This document shows, piece by piece, positions 22,851 to 43,535 of a stretch of 64,000 nucleotides of DNA (position 1 is its first letter; each line of letters begins with the position of its first letter). The translations under genes and the position numbers were made by a program. The DNA is from Flaccisagitta enflata (Eukaryota). Below the pieces are notes generated by a model. The model searched no databases and was not told the DNA's origin. It worked only from the letters and a program-made list of their open reading frames with translations. The stretch covers positions 7,564,001 to 7,628,000 of the forward strand of contig OZ231126.1 in assembly GCA_965153355.1 (NCBI GenBank). Reading direction: 5' to 3'.

Positions 22851-24345
22851 GGCCTTGATCTACAACATGGAATTTCTAAGGCTGAAAGCGGATCTTGCTT
22901 TGAAAAAAAATCGCCCCCTGAAGTGTTGACTGTTGTTACAGGCTCTACGCCACCGATTCATGCTTGTCTTGTTCGCTGAGATTTGATTTCTCACATTGGA
23001 TTTAACTAAACATTATTATTTTCTTCTTAGGGGCTCCTAAGGGCCCCCAAAAGTTCTTATTGAGAATTTTTTTGAAAAAGTGCAACAATAAGAAATTGTT
23101 TGATTTGCTTCAGATCCAAAATCTTATTTTTTTATTTTTTTCAAAAACTTAGATACTTTTATGTCACATGTCAGGGACTTAAAAAAATCACAAAATATTT
23201 TTTGAAAAATGTTTTTAAAGTGGGGTGCATTAATAGAAATTGTTTGATTTGCCTAGATCCAAAATCTTGTATTTTCATTTTTTTTTTTAAACTTTGAAAT
23301 TTTTTTGTATCGCGTCAGGGATTTTGAAAAATCACAAAATATTTTTTTGAAAAATGGTTCTTAAAAGTGGTGTAATTGATAGAAATTGTTTTATTTCTAG
23401 ATCCAAAACCAAAATCATTTTTTCAAAAATTTAAAAATTTGATTAGGGGCAGTTCAAAGAAAAAACGGAAAAAAGAACGTCGGTTTTTTTACTTTTTAAG
23501 TATGAAAAAGGCCGTAACTTCTAAACTATTGATGCGATTGTCCTGAAATTTGAAATACTAGCTGACGTCATGCTTCTCGACATACGAGCTAAAAATCTCG
23601 ACTGTGAACCGTCGTTAAGTTGGGCGTACTTCTTTGCCTACTGTCATCATCTTCAACTACTGTCATCAACTTCAACTACTGTCATCATCTTCAACTACTG
23701 TCATCATCTTCAACTACTGTCATCATCTTCAACTACTGTCATCATCTTCAACTACTGTCATCATCTTCAACTACTGTCATCATCTTCAACTACTGTCATC
23801 ATCTTCAACTACTGTCATCATCTTCAACTACTGTCATCATCTTCAACTACTGTAATCATCTTCAACTACTGTCATCATCTTCAACTACTGTCATCATCTT
23901 CAACTACTGTCATCATCTTCAACTACTGTCATCATCTAAAATCTGCAGAAATTTGCTATAATGTGCTAACATATGCTAAAGTTTTCTTTACAATTGTAGT
24001 ACTTGTAAGCTTTTTTATATTGCTTGTAGGTTAACAAGATGAAAAGGTTTCAGCAGATTTTTGCACAATAATTTAGATGAGATTCTCAAGACTAAAGTGG
24101 ATTTTACTGAATTTTAGCACATTTTAGCAAAAACACACACACGCTCGCGCTCAAAAACACACACACGCTCGCGCTCAAAAACACACGCTCGCGCTCAAAA
24201 ACACACACACGCTCACACACACACGCTCACACACACACGCACGCACACACACACTCACACTCACGCTAAAAAACACACACACACTCACATTAAAAACACA
24301 CACTCACACACACTCACACAACACACTCTCACAACACACTCACAC

Positions 24346-24437
<92 letters not shown>

Positions 24438-24599
24438 AAAACACGCACACTCACTCACTAAAATACACACACACACTCACTAAAACACACACACACTCAC
24501 TAAAACACACACACACTCACTAAAACACACACACACACTCAACATACATACACACTCAACACGCACACACACACCCGCACACATACACCAACACACACC

Positions 24600-24636
<37 letters not shown>

Positions 24637-24704
24637 ACACGTCGTTTTATTTCAAACACACTTACACATTCCTATGCACTCCTCATTCTCAAACCCGTTC
24701 TTAG

Positions 24705-31966
<7,262 letters not shown>

Positions 31967-32455
31967 GTGATGAAGATTTGAGTATCTACTATCTAGCTAA
32001 CTCGCTGAGGGATAGAAAGACAAACTGACTGACGTTACGAACCGAGTTGTTTTATTGTTGTCCCCGACGAACAGTTTTCGCGGTGATGCGTTGTCTGTTT
32101 GTTGTTTGTCTGTTTACAACCTACTCATATTTCTGGAACCAGACTTCAGAATTTCATGAAACTTTACCAGTGTTATTTTTATGTCAATGGGAGCTTGCAT
32201 ACCAATTTTCAGAAAAATTCATTAACTTTTACTACCCTTTGCCTATTATTTTTGTAGAAATATTTAGCTGGGACTTAGGTGGTTTACATAGGTAGAGGGT
32301 AGTAAAGGTTAATGATTTTTTTTTTAATTTGGTATACAAGCAGAGGGTAGTAAATAAACAACCCCTGCAAAATTCGAATTAAATCTGAGGTCTGGTTTAT
32401 GAGATATTAGCTTATTTATGTAGAAGTATGTTGCTAGGACTTTGGCAATTTACAT

Positions 32456-35400
32456 TTTTTCTTTTTTCTGCAAATGAAGAGTAAATCACATGTAGTAGCA
32501 ATCGATCAAAAATGATCTCTAAGCAATGTGTTTTTTCAGTAATCAATAACAATGCGAAGGAATGATCAATGAACAAACGTGATACATTTCAATGTATGAA
32601 GAAAAGTCGCCACAACGGTATCACTTATCGAGTTGATCGAAGTCATATCACAGGGGATAAAAACAAGGAAGCTAGACAAAACGCAATTATTTAAATATAA
32701 GTCCCAGATAAGTTGAGACACAACAACGCCCTCTCACTCCTCCTCATGCCCATGCTGTGTGTCCTCAAAACTGCACACCCGACAACCCGCCACCTGGCAC
32801 CTAAAGGACCCATACACACCCAGGAACCCCGCCCTTGACCCCCTCTTGAAGGCCCCCAGCGATCCCAGACCCCTCTGATCCTCCGACAGTGTCGCCCACT
32901 CCTTCGGCACCCTGTACCCCACCGCCCTGTGGTCCCTTGTGGACAGATACAGCCCCGCCCTAGCCGACCTGGTCCCATACCCATGCACCCCCTCAATCCT
33001 GCCCAGCATAGCTGCCTGGTTCACTGGAAGCCGCCAATTCCAGAATCTCCAGGCATGGACCCGGAGCTGTTGCCTATACAGGTCCTCCACCTTCAGCATG
33101 CCATACTGGGCCAGGAGTGGATCAGCATGGTACATCCCCCTCTTACCAGCTATCAAGCCGGCAAACCTCTTCTGGTATCTCAGAAGGGACCCCCCCACCG
33201 TCGCGTTTCTCCCCTCCCTGAAGTCTCCCCAAACCATAAGGCAGTACTGCAGGTGCGGCAGTACTAGGCCATTATAGAGCGAGCGGAGAGACTGCCCCCC
33301 AAGCACCCCAGAAGCCCTGCCCAGGACCCCCAGTAGTCGCCCAACCTTGGCCCTAACTCTCTCTATGTGGCCCGTCCACCTCAGCCCCCCATCCACCCAC
33401 ACACCCAGAAACCGAGCCCCTTCTACCCTCCCTATCTGCTCACCCCCTATCTCAAGCCCCCCTGGCGGTATGTCATGCCCACCCGGTCGGCCAAAATAGA
33501 CATACTCTGTCTTCTTAAGGTTCAGAGTGAGCCTATTACACCTAAACCACCTGCTGAGCTGCTCAAGTCCCCGGTTTACCCTCCCAAAAAGCTCAGCAGT
33601 GTCACCCCCCTGCGCAAATATGTTAGTGTCATCCGCAAAGAGGACAAGATCCAGGCCATCACATGCTCTGACCATGTCATTGACATAAATCAAGAAGAAC
33701 AAGGGGCCAAGGACCGATCCCTGCGGGACACCACACTCAACCCTCCCCTTACCTGACTCAAAGCCCCCATACTGCACATACTGGAACCGCCCCCCAGGTA
33801 GTCCCCAAGCAAGCCAAGGGCACCCCCCCTGACTCCATAGTGCTCCAGCTTAGCAAGGAGGAGCCTATGGTCCACCGTATCAAAGGCCTTCTTAAGGTCA
33901 ATAAAGACCCCAAGAGCTGCCTTACCCCCTGCCCACGCCCCCCTCACCCGCTCGACCATATCCATCACGGCCATGGCCGTGGAATGACCCGCCCTGAAAC
34001 CATACTGGCCAGGGGCTATCACCTGATGGCGGTCAAGAAATCTGACCAGCCTTGCCTGAAGCACCCTCTCAAAGAGTTGAGAAAGCACCGGGAGCACAGA
34101 CACAGGACGATAGTTAGAAAACTGGGTCGAGTCCTCCCCCTTGAACACTGGAACAACCCTTGCAACCTTGAAGCACGCAGGGTAGTGCCCCTCCCGCATG
34201 CAACAATTGAACAGTCGCGAGAGTGACCCAGATATCTCGCCGGCCACCTCTTTAATGACCCTGGGCGAGACCCCATCCCACCCCATACCCTTCCCTGGGT
34301 CAAGGGCCCTGCAGAGCTCTGCAACCTCTGCCTGGGTTGTCGGATCGAGAACGATCGACTCCCCCACCCTTTCCCCCATGTACTCCAGGAAGGCCCCATC
34401 CCTCTCCCTGCCCACCTTTGCGGCCAGCTTTGGCCCTACCTGACAGTAAAAGTCGCAAAACCCCTCCGCTATCTCACCCCCATCCGTCACACCCACCCCC
34501 TCTCTCTCAAAGTAGCCACACACCCCGGACCCTCTGCCCCTCCGCCCCCTCAACACCTCCCCCAGCACCTCCCACGTGGCCCTCAGATCCCCCTTAATCT
34601 CACCCATCCTCTGGTCGAAGTATGCCCTCTTCAGTCTCCGCCTCATCCTGTTGACCTCCTTAGTTACTTCGACCAGCCTTGCCCCCTCTTCCTCGGTCAG
34701 GCCCCCCCTGACCTTCTTAGAGTACAACCCCCCCTTTTCCTCAACCAACCCCTTAAACTCACCATCGTCCAACCACGGTTTCACCTCGTCCCTCCCACTC
34801 CTCCGGTCCTCAACCCACGGGAACACCTCGTCATACATGTCCCGAAACTCGTTCCTGAACCTCGCCACGTTGGCCTCCACACCCTGCGCTCTCACCTCAT
34901 CAAAACTCCACGCCCCCAACCTCTCCGCAAACCTCGCAATCCTGCCACCATTCACCCGTCTCCTAAGCTTAGCCCCACCCCCTCCCCCCTGGCCCCCCTC
35001 CCTGGTCCCACCTACAAATGCAAACACCGGAAGATGGTCAGATAATCTGACCGTAACCAACCCACTCTCCATCCCAGCCACTACATTGTTAGTCCAAATG
35101 TTGTCTATCAGAGTCGCAGTGGTGTCTGTCAGCCTTGTCGGGAGGGAAATCAGGGGGTAGAAACCCCCTGACATGAACCCCTCCAGATAGTCCGACGTTG
35201 GCCCATGAGTGCCAGCCCTCAAGAGGTCAACATTAAAGTCCCCCATCACATACCCGTCGGTCCCCCGCATCAGTGTCAGCACCCGGCCCATCTCCTCATT
35301 AAACGCCCCCACGTCCCCACCTGGTGGCCTATAAACAACCCCAACTATGTCATTCCTACGTCCCCCACCTCTCACTATCTCAACAAAAACCGACTCAAAG

Positions 35401-35729
35401 ACCCCCTCAGTAAAAGTCCCCAAGTCAGGCCTCCCCCTGTAAATGAGTCCGTCCCTGAGTAGTAGCCCCACCCCACCTCCCGTCTTCCTTTTCCTCGAGG
35501 CACACACCGCACCGTAACCCCGCACCGCCAACCCCTTCTCACTCTCCTCATCCAACCACGTCTCAGCAAGCCCCACCACATCCCACAGCACCCCCCACCT
35601 CCTAATCTCCGCCTCTAACAGCTCCAGCCCCTGCCCCCTTGCGCTACGGACATTATGAAACAAGAGCGACAGCGCACAACCCCCCCCTCTGGACATGAGT
35701 TTTATACAGAATAAATTGTTGCACACATC
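32456..35729 (-). mobile_element. Non-LTR retrotransposon (CR1/L2-group), 5'-truncated near the start of ORF2
   Basis: APE and RT coding; A-rich 3' end; 4-bp duplication ACAT (32452-32455 and 35730-35733) splitting the HINE sequence TTTACAT|AGGC. Confidence 0.9.
32734..35696 (-). CDS. LINE ORF2 (APE endonuclease + reverse transcriptase) with one frameshift in a G-run at ~33790-33795
   Basis: HNVRS, ETWL, YRPP, GDFN, IDNI, SDH; NYRPVS, QYGFR, DLKKAFD, GVPQGSVLGP, FADD; adding one G restores YLGGRFQYV. Confidence 0.88.
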
Positions 35730-36428
35730 ACATAGGCAAAGGGTAGTAAAGGTATATGATTTTTTTTTCAAATTTGGTACACAAGTGGAGGGTAGTAAAT
35801 AAATAACCCCTGCAAAATTCGAATTAAATCTGAAGTCTGGTTTATGAGATATTAGCTTATTTATGTAGTAATATGTTACTATGACTTTGGCCGTTTACAT
35901 AGGCAAAGGGTAGCAAAGTTATGTGAATTCTTTTTTAATTTGGTATACAAGTAAAGGATATTAATTGAACTGCCCCTGCAAAATTCGAATTAAATCTGAA
36001 GTCTGGTTTAAAAGATATTAGCTTATTAATATAGTAATATGTTACTAGGACTTAGGCGATTTATAAAGAGGATTGGAGTTGATGAATTCTTTTACTTGCT
36101 CAATTATAACATTCTGATTTTTCTTTAGGTTTGCCAACATGGATTTCATGATTCATCTTCAATTACTGTCATCATCTTCAACTACTGTCCTCATCTTCGA
36201 CTACTGTCCTCATCTTCGACTACTGTCCTCATCTTCGACTACTGTCCTCATCTTGGACTACTGTCCTCATCTTCGACTACTGTCCTCATCTTCAACTATT
36301 GTCCTCTTTTTTGAAAATTTTGTTTGAAAAAATTTTGTTGAAAATTTTTTTTTTGAGAATTTTTTTGAGTTTTTTTTGTCCCCGACGAACAGTTTTTGTC
36401 GGTGACTATGAAGTAGCAGTGATGTGTA

Positions 36429-36470
<42 letters not shown>

Positions 36471-37259
36471 TTAAAACCCTTGATATTTTTGGAACCAGAC
36501 TTCAGAAATTTATGAAACTTTGCTGGTGTTGTTTATAGGTCAATAGGAGCTTGTGCACCAATTTTCAAAAAAATTCATTAACTTTTACTACCCTTTGCCT
36601 ATTATTTTTGTAGTAATATTTTACTGGACTTAGGCAATTTACATAGGTAGAGGGTAGTAAAAGTCAATGAATTTTTTTCTAATTTGGTATACACGTAGAG
36701 GGTAGTAAATAAACAACCCCTGCAAAATTCGAATTAAATCTGAAGTCTGGTTCATGAGATATTAGGTAATTTATGTAGTAATATGTTACTGGGACTTGGG
36801 CAATTTTCATAGGCAAAGGGTAGTAAAGTTAAGTGAATTTTTTTATAACGTAGTAATCAGGTAAATAATGTCAATTAAACAGCTCCTGCAAAATTCGATT
36901 TAAATCTGAAGTCTGGTTTATGAGATATAAACTTATTTATGTAGTAATATATTACTGCTGTGAGAGTGGGTGAATTGTTCAATGAGGAGATTCGCACTTT
37001 TCTCATTTGCATATTGCGGATGACCATTTATTTGTTCAAAGATTTTTGTGTGATGCATTTATTAGTTAAATATTACGCTACATTCACTCATGTTGTTGTT
37101 CAGCTTTACAGCAATTTCATTATCATGATTTAAATGATAAATAATTACTAATTTAGTTACTTGTAATTCCCAACGCTGAACTACTTATAGTATTCAGAAG
37201 ATTTGCTCTGGTCAAAGTTCACCTTCATGGTAAAAAGCTTTGCACAAAGGAAAAAAGTC

Positions 37260-37303
<44 letters not shown>

Positions 37304-38374
37304 GCGCATGGATACCAAGGTGTGCCTTCTTGGACTTCACTGTTTAATGTTCAAGGTGTGCCGTCATGGACTCTTAAGGTATTTTTTTTTTGAAATTTTT
37401 TTTTTTTTTTTTTTTTTTCAGATTTTTTTTCTTTTTAATTTTTTTTTTTGAAATTTTTTTTTTGAAAATTTTTTTTTGTCGTGTGTCTTCTCGAGTCGCG
37501 TTTTTGCGGCAGAAAACTTCAAAATTACAGTCTGTCGGGGACTGTAATTTTGAAGCTTTTGATAATTTTTCTTGAAAAAAAATTTTTTTTCAAATTTTTA
37601 AAAAAAAATTTTTTGAAATTTTTTTGATAATTCTTTTTGACAATTTTTTGAAAATATTTTTTTGAAAATTTTTTGAAGAATTTTTGAAATTTTTTTGAAA
37701 AGTCTTTAAAAAATTTTTTTGAAATTTTTTTTTTTTTTAAATTTTTTTGAATTTTTTTTTCTTAGATTTTTGTTGCCATTATCATTCATTGTTGTCATCA
37801 TCATCATCATCCACTATTGTTATCATTATCAAGTTTTGTCATCATAAAAACAATACTGATTATTTTTTTTATTTTTTTTTCTTGAAATTGTTGTCTTGTC
37901 GTGTATCTCATTGAGTTGCGTTTACGCAACGAGAAAGCTTCAAAAATTACAGTCCCCAGTCGGGGACTGTAATTTTGAAGCTTTTTTTTAATGTGGGTCA
38001 GTACTAAGAAATATTGTTAACTTTCATGATTTTAGAAAAGAATAGATGAAAATTTGTCAGAAAACACCTCTCACTACTAACTAGCGTTTGTAGGGTTTTG
38101 GCGGATTGCAGTTGTGTGATGGAACATCCATTAGTAAACTAGCCCAAAACTGGGCAAGAGTTGCGTATGGTTTGGCAGGGGCAGTCAGTACTACAGCGCC
38201 GATGTAATTCACACATATATACATTTTCTCTTTCCCTCTCTTTCTCTCTCTTTCTCTTTCTCTCTTCCCTCTCTTTCTCTTTCTCTCTTCCCTCTCTTTC
38301 TCTCTCTTTCTCTTCCTCTCTTTCTCTCTCTTTCTCTCTCTTTCTCTCTCTTTCTCTCTCTCTTTCTCTCTCTT

Positions 38375-38439
<65 letters not shown>

Positions 38440-38479
38440 TCCCTCTCTCCCTCTCTCGCCACAACATTTAACCATTCAG

Positions 38480-39837
38480 TCGCCGCGTCACTGCCTGGCA
38501 ATGAATCCGACGACAGCGGAAGATTTGGAATATGAACAGAACCTGAAACGATAGATCGTCCCTGCGATACGACGGCGAATTGGACGGCGACCGTGGTAAT
38601 TTTCGATAAATTGAAGATGCACATTAATTCTTTTAAGGTTTTAGTCGCGTGCTACGCGACTCTACACCTCGATTAGTCCATCCGTCATCCCCTTTTTTGT
38701 TGCGGACACGCAACTCTATAAGAGGTTTTGTCCGTCTGTTGGTCCGTCCGTGGACACGAGTCACAAAGTGAGGAAACTAGCGTTTTTTCAGATGCTTTTC
38801 GTGCATGTGAGTGGGGGAGATGGATTGAGGTTGGATGCCCCTGCCCACCTGTCCGCAACAATATTGTGACCCCGCGTCACTTGTTTTGGTTGTTTCTGAG
38901 CTTCTTGAGCACACTGCTCCTGCACAAATGCTGTCGTGACTTTTAATCACTGCTCCTGCCCAACCGCACATGACTGGGTAGCCGTTTATCCGGCCTTGTC
39001 AACTGAATCTGACTTATTTTTATCTGGAGTTCCTGGCAGTCTGTTATGCACCAAATACCTCCGTGCCAAACAGCCCCACTCTCCCTGTTCTCATAAAGGT
39101 GTTTCTCCCTGTTCTCAAAAAGGTGTTTCGCCCACTTTCACACCCCCCCCCCTCCAATCCCAATTCTAACATCAGCCTCGCCGCCGTTGCTGCGTTTTTA
39201 ACGGGAGATGAAAGGGCCGTATTTCTGACAACGGCGTTAACGTCTCCTGGGCAGGATGGGAATCATCATTGCCAATGCACAAGGTGAGAATTGAATGAAA
39301 GAATGGATAACTGAATGAAAGAATGAATAATTGAAGGAATAATTATAAGTTTGAAAGAGTGAAAGTCAATATTTGTTGTTAATCAACCTGTAATACCTGA
39401 TTTCATTGGCAAACTAGGCAAACTAAAAAAAATCCTATCTTCAATGATAAAAAGCGTATATATCTAAAAAATTAGATAAATAGTTTTTATTTTAATTAGA
39501 AACTAAAAAAAAAATTCCTTTTAAAAATTGCCATAACTTAATCTCAGCCAGGGCATTCTCTTATTTTTTTCTTAAATTTTTGGGCACATCTCAGGCTCAC
39601 TTCTTTTATATACTGGTCTAAGGAAAAGTGTACATCTCATATTCCGTTTGCCAGAGTCCAGCAGTTATATATTTTCTTATATGGTTACATCCCTTTTCTT
39701 TCTCCCTCCTCTACATTAAAATCCTGTACAGAACACTTATTGCCGTTGCGAACCAAGCGGTCCCCGCGGTCGCTACTGCCGCAAAGAAGGCATTGCTTAA
39801 AAACGACGCTCCTGCCGACGACAGAACACCATGTTAA
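38480..39837 (+). other. Possible further 3' exons of the TRIM37-like copy (~38480-38595, ~39030-39283, ~39732-39837)
   Basis: Coding-like islands bounded by AG/GT; the last two join in phase 2; the first contains an in-frame TAG. No recognisable homology. Confidence 0.3.
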
Positions 39838-41345
39838 AACCGCGGCAGCCGCCGCCACCACTCCCAAAGGACTTTTTGCAAGGCTTTAATTCATTGTCCG
39901 TTAATTCAATTTGTCCGTTGGGTTGTAACTCTTGGTTGCTTACTCTTACTGTTTCATTAGTCGTATTTATCAGTGCCCCTGTTCCTGTACATGTTTTTTT
40001 TTGGCTTTCCTTGGTTTTAATTTTATGGTTCAATTACTTTGCCCATTGACTAACTGACGCTTATGAGGACCAACACCACGTGATGAATTGATGAATCTTA
40101 GATACATGATTTTGACCTCTAACTAAGATTAAAAACCAACAAGGCCGGATACATGGCTACCCCAGTCGCGTGCGGGTGAGCAGGGGCCATAACTGAGGTC
40201 AGTGGAACATTTGGGTTGGAGCGATAACGCCAAAACCCCCATTGACGCCGAAAAAGTAAAGTGTGACGGACGGACCAACGGACCGACGGATAGACAGACG
40301 GACCGACAAAGCGGGGTGTAGAGTCGCGTAGCATGCGACAAAAAATTAAGAATAAGAATAAGAATAAGAATAAGAATAAGAATAAGAATAAGAATAAGAG
40401 TACGCATAAGAATAAAAATAAGAATAAGAATAAGAATTTTGGACAAAAATCAATTTGAGCAACAACGCTAGGATTTGAGCCACACAGTTTTGATAAAGGA
40501 AGAAAGGGGAAGGTGGAAAGAAAAACCGTGGCCTAGTGGCCAAATGTGTAAAAAGGAGCACCGCTAAGAGAACCTAAAAAGGGGTACTACCCTACATGTT
40601 TTATTGATTTTGGAAAAAAGTGAATCTTATGATTTTTCTTTTCTTAAACTTGAATGAAAATGCATAAACAATTTCTATACAAAGGAACCAGAAAACAACA
40701 ACTTCCTTCCTCAATTTTTCATCAGCTTAAGCATGAAGTTTAAGCATGAAGTTTTCTTTTGGCTAAGCATAAGAAACTGTTTTGGTGAGAAAATAGCAAA
40801 AAAAAAAGGGGCGGCATATGAATTCCAGTATGTAAAAGTGTTTTACAAGAAATACAACAACATCATGAACAATGCCCTCTGAAGCCTCTAAAAGTTGAAT
40901 TCCAGTATGTAAAAGTGTTTTACAAGAAATACAACAACATCATGAACAATGCCCTCTGAAGCCTCTAAAAGTTGAACGCAGCAAAAGTAAGAAAGGGAAA
41001 AAAAGTGATCCAGAGGACGAAGCCTTAAAGAAATGACGGAGTCAAGAACTTGAAGAACCCTCTTCAACAACTGATAGAGTCGGACGTGATGAATGAGTGG
41101 GAGACAGCGACACCTCAAAACCAAAATTGAAAAAGAAAGAATAGTCGCAAAAGCGATAGATGCTCAGCTATACCCGTTGCCCTTATGTGAATGTATGTGG
41201 ATGTGTGATGGTGAGAGGGACAGCAGCCCCGAAGGGACCAATGAACTAAGCAGTTCTTGTAAGTGCATGATTTGATCCTTTGGGCTCGGATATGGGTGTC
41301 AAAGCTTGATATTGGTAAGCAGGCCCTGAAGTACCCAGTGACCTA

Positions 41346-41908
41346 CAGTATGTTTCAACTCGTTTAGAACATTATACGACGGCATAACTCTAGAAGTGAT
41401 AGAGATAATTCAATTCTGAAAAAAAACCTTGTATAGGTAATAGTTTGGCATTTTATAATAAACAATTCGCAGGGATTTTCTATAGAAGCTTGATGCTTTT
41501 TACACCCTGAGAAAGTTTGGGTCAAATTATGCAAAAAAGGGTATTTTTCTCTCGTTTTTTCGATAAATTACACCTAAAGACAATTTTCTCTCTCTATTTT
41601 CATAAACTACATCAAAATATCTTATATCTAAAACCTATCTGGTATGAAAATCTCAAATTTTAAAACAAATTAAAGCAAGATAAGTAAACAATTTTTTTAG
41701 CTTAACGACATTTTAACTTACTTCGCAAAGCACTGCTTTTACTTCATGATATGTTAAGGGGATTAGATTTTTCCAAAAAATCACGGGGATCAATCATCAT
41801 AAAATGCCAAACAATTACCTATACAAGGCTTTTTTCAGAATTAAATTATCTCTATTACTTCTAGAGTTATGCCGTCGTATAATGTTCCAAACGAGTTGAA
41901 ACATACTG
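41346..41908. mobile_element. Tc1/mariner-type MITE
   Basis: TA|CAGTATGTTTCAACTCGTTT...AAACGAGTTGAAACATACTG|TA; TIR over 100 bp. Confidence 0.88.
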
Positions 41909-42289
41909 TATGCTTAACACTAGGATTTGAGTCTTGGGACTAGGATTTAAGTCCTAAGGCTGGGGTTTGGGTGTGAAGGCTGGAATATTGGCTTGGAGGC
42001 TGGGATTTGGGTTCCAGGCTTCGATTTAAGCCTTGGATCTGAGCTTTAAGGCCTGGGATATGGGCCTTGAAGCTGGGATTTAGGCCTCAAGCCTAGGATT
42101 TGAGCTTCGTGGCTGGGATTTAGGCCTCAAGGTTGGGATATGAGCCTCGATACTGGAATTAGGGCCGTGATGTGGGGGGGGGGGGGGGGACATAGGAGTA
42201 GGAAAGGAGAAAGAGAAATTTCTGCATATGTGAAGGCATAGGTCATCGGCCCCTTCAGACCTTGCTAAAAAAAGAGGAAGAAGTTGAAG

Positions 42290-42852
42290 ACACAGAAACC
42301 AAAATGAGAAAAGAAAAGAAAAAGAAAGAAAAAGAAAAAGAGCAGAAAGTAAAAGAAGGAGAGGAAGAAGAAGAAGAAGAGAAGGAAGAAGAAACCAGAG
42401 AAAAGGAAAGGAAAGAAAGAAGAAGAAGAAGAAGAAGAGAAGAAGAAGGAAGTAGAGGTGGAAGGAAGAAGAAGAAGAAGAAGAAGAAGAAGAAGAAGAA
42501 GAAGAAGAAGAAGAAGAAGAAGAAGAAGAAGAAGAAGAGAAGAAGAAGAAGAAGAAAAAAAAGAAGATTAGAAGAAGAAAAAGAAGAAGAAGAAAAAGAA
42601 GAAGAAGATTAAGAATAACAAGAGGAACAAGAAGAAACAAGATGATGTTATACTTCAGTGATGACTCTGCATAACTAATAGTGTAAATATCTAGTAAATG
42701 AAAAAAAGTAAACTATGACGTTGTGAAAAAGACACAAGAAACCAAAAATGAGAAAAAGAAAAAGAAAAAAGAAAAAGAAATAGAAAATGAAGAAGGAGAG
42801 GAAAAAGAAGAAGAAGAAGAAGAAGAAGAAGAAGAAGAAGAAGAAGAAGAAG

Positions 42853-42884
<32 letters not shown>

Positions 42885-43245
42885 GAGGTGGAGGAGAAGA
42901 AGAAGAAGAAGAAGAAGAAGATGAAGAAGAAGAAGAAGAAGACGAAGAAGAAGAAGAAGAAAAAAAAGAAGATTAGAAGAAGAAAAAGATAAAGAAGAAG
43001 GAAAAGAAGAAGAAGATTAAGAATAACAAGAGGAACAAGAAGAAACAAGATGATGTTATACTTCAGTGATGACTCTGCATAACTAATAGTGTAAATATCT
43101 AGTAAATGAAAAAAAGTAAACTATGACGTTGTGAAAAAGACACAAGAAACCAAAAATGAGAAAAAGAAAAAGAAAAAAGAAAAAGAAATAGAAAATGAAG
43201 AAGAAAAAGAAGAAGAAGAAGAAGAAGAAGAAGAAGAAGAAGAAG

Positions 43246-43277
<32 letters not shown>

Positions 43278-43535
43278 GAGGTGGAAGAAGAAGAAGAAGA
43301 AGAAGAAGAAGAAGAAGAAGAAGAAGAAGAAGAAGAAGAAGAAGACGAAGAAGAAGAAGAAGAAGAAGAAAAAAAAGAAGATTAGAAGAAGAAAAAGAAA
43401 AAGAAGAAGAAGATTAAGAATAACAAGAGGAACAAGAAGAAACAAGATGATGTTATACTTCAGTGATGACTCTGCATAACTAATAGTGTAAATATCTAGT
43501 AAATGAAAAAAAGTAAACTATGACGTTGTGAAAAA
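42290..43535. repeat. Three tandem ~410-bp units, each containing a variable (GAA)n tract
   Basis: GATGATGTTATACTTCAGTGATGACTCTGCATAAC recurs at ~42641, ~43029 and ~43447. Confidence 0.9.

Larger units (their letters stand above)
32060..37985 (+). mobile_element. HINE-like element (copy 2) hosting a LINE and a nested copy 3 (36378-37560)
   Basis: GTCCCCGACGAACAG starts at 32060 and 36378; 3' hairpins AAGCTTCAAAATTACAGTC..GTCGGGGACTGTAATTTTGAAGCTT at 37513-37560 and 37934-37985. Confidence 0.7.

Noticed and set aside
22697-23938. Regular 19-bp repeats (also the 17- and 21-bp arrays) as CRISPR arrays
   Set aside because: Head-to-tail with no unique spacers, no cas genes, eukaryotic context; they are minisatellites inside transposons.
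33785-33800. Programmed frameshift in LINE ORF2
   Set aside because: Single missing G in a homopolymer in mid-RT; a mutation or consensus error is far more likely.
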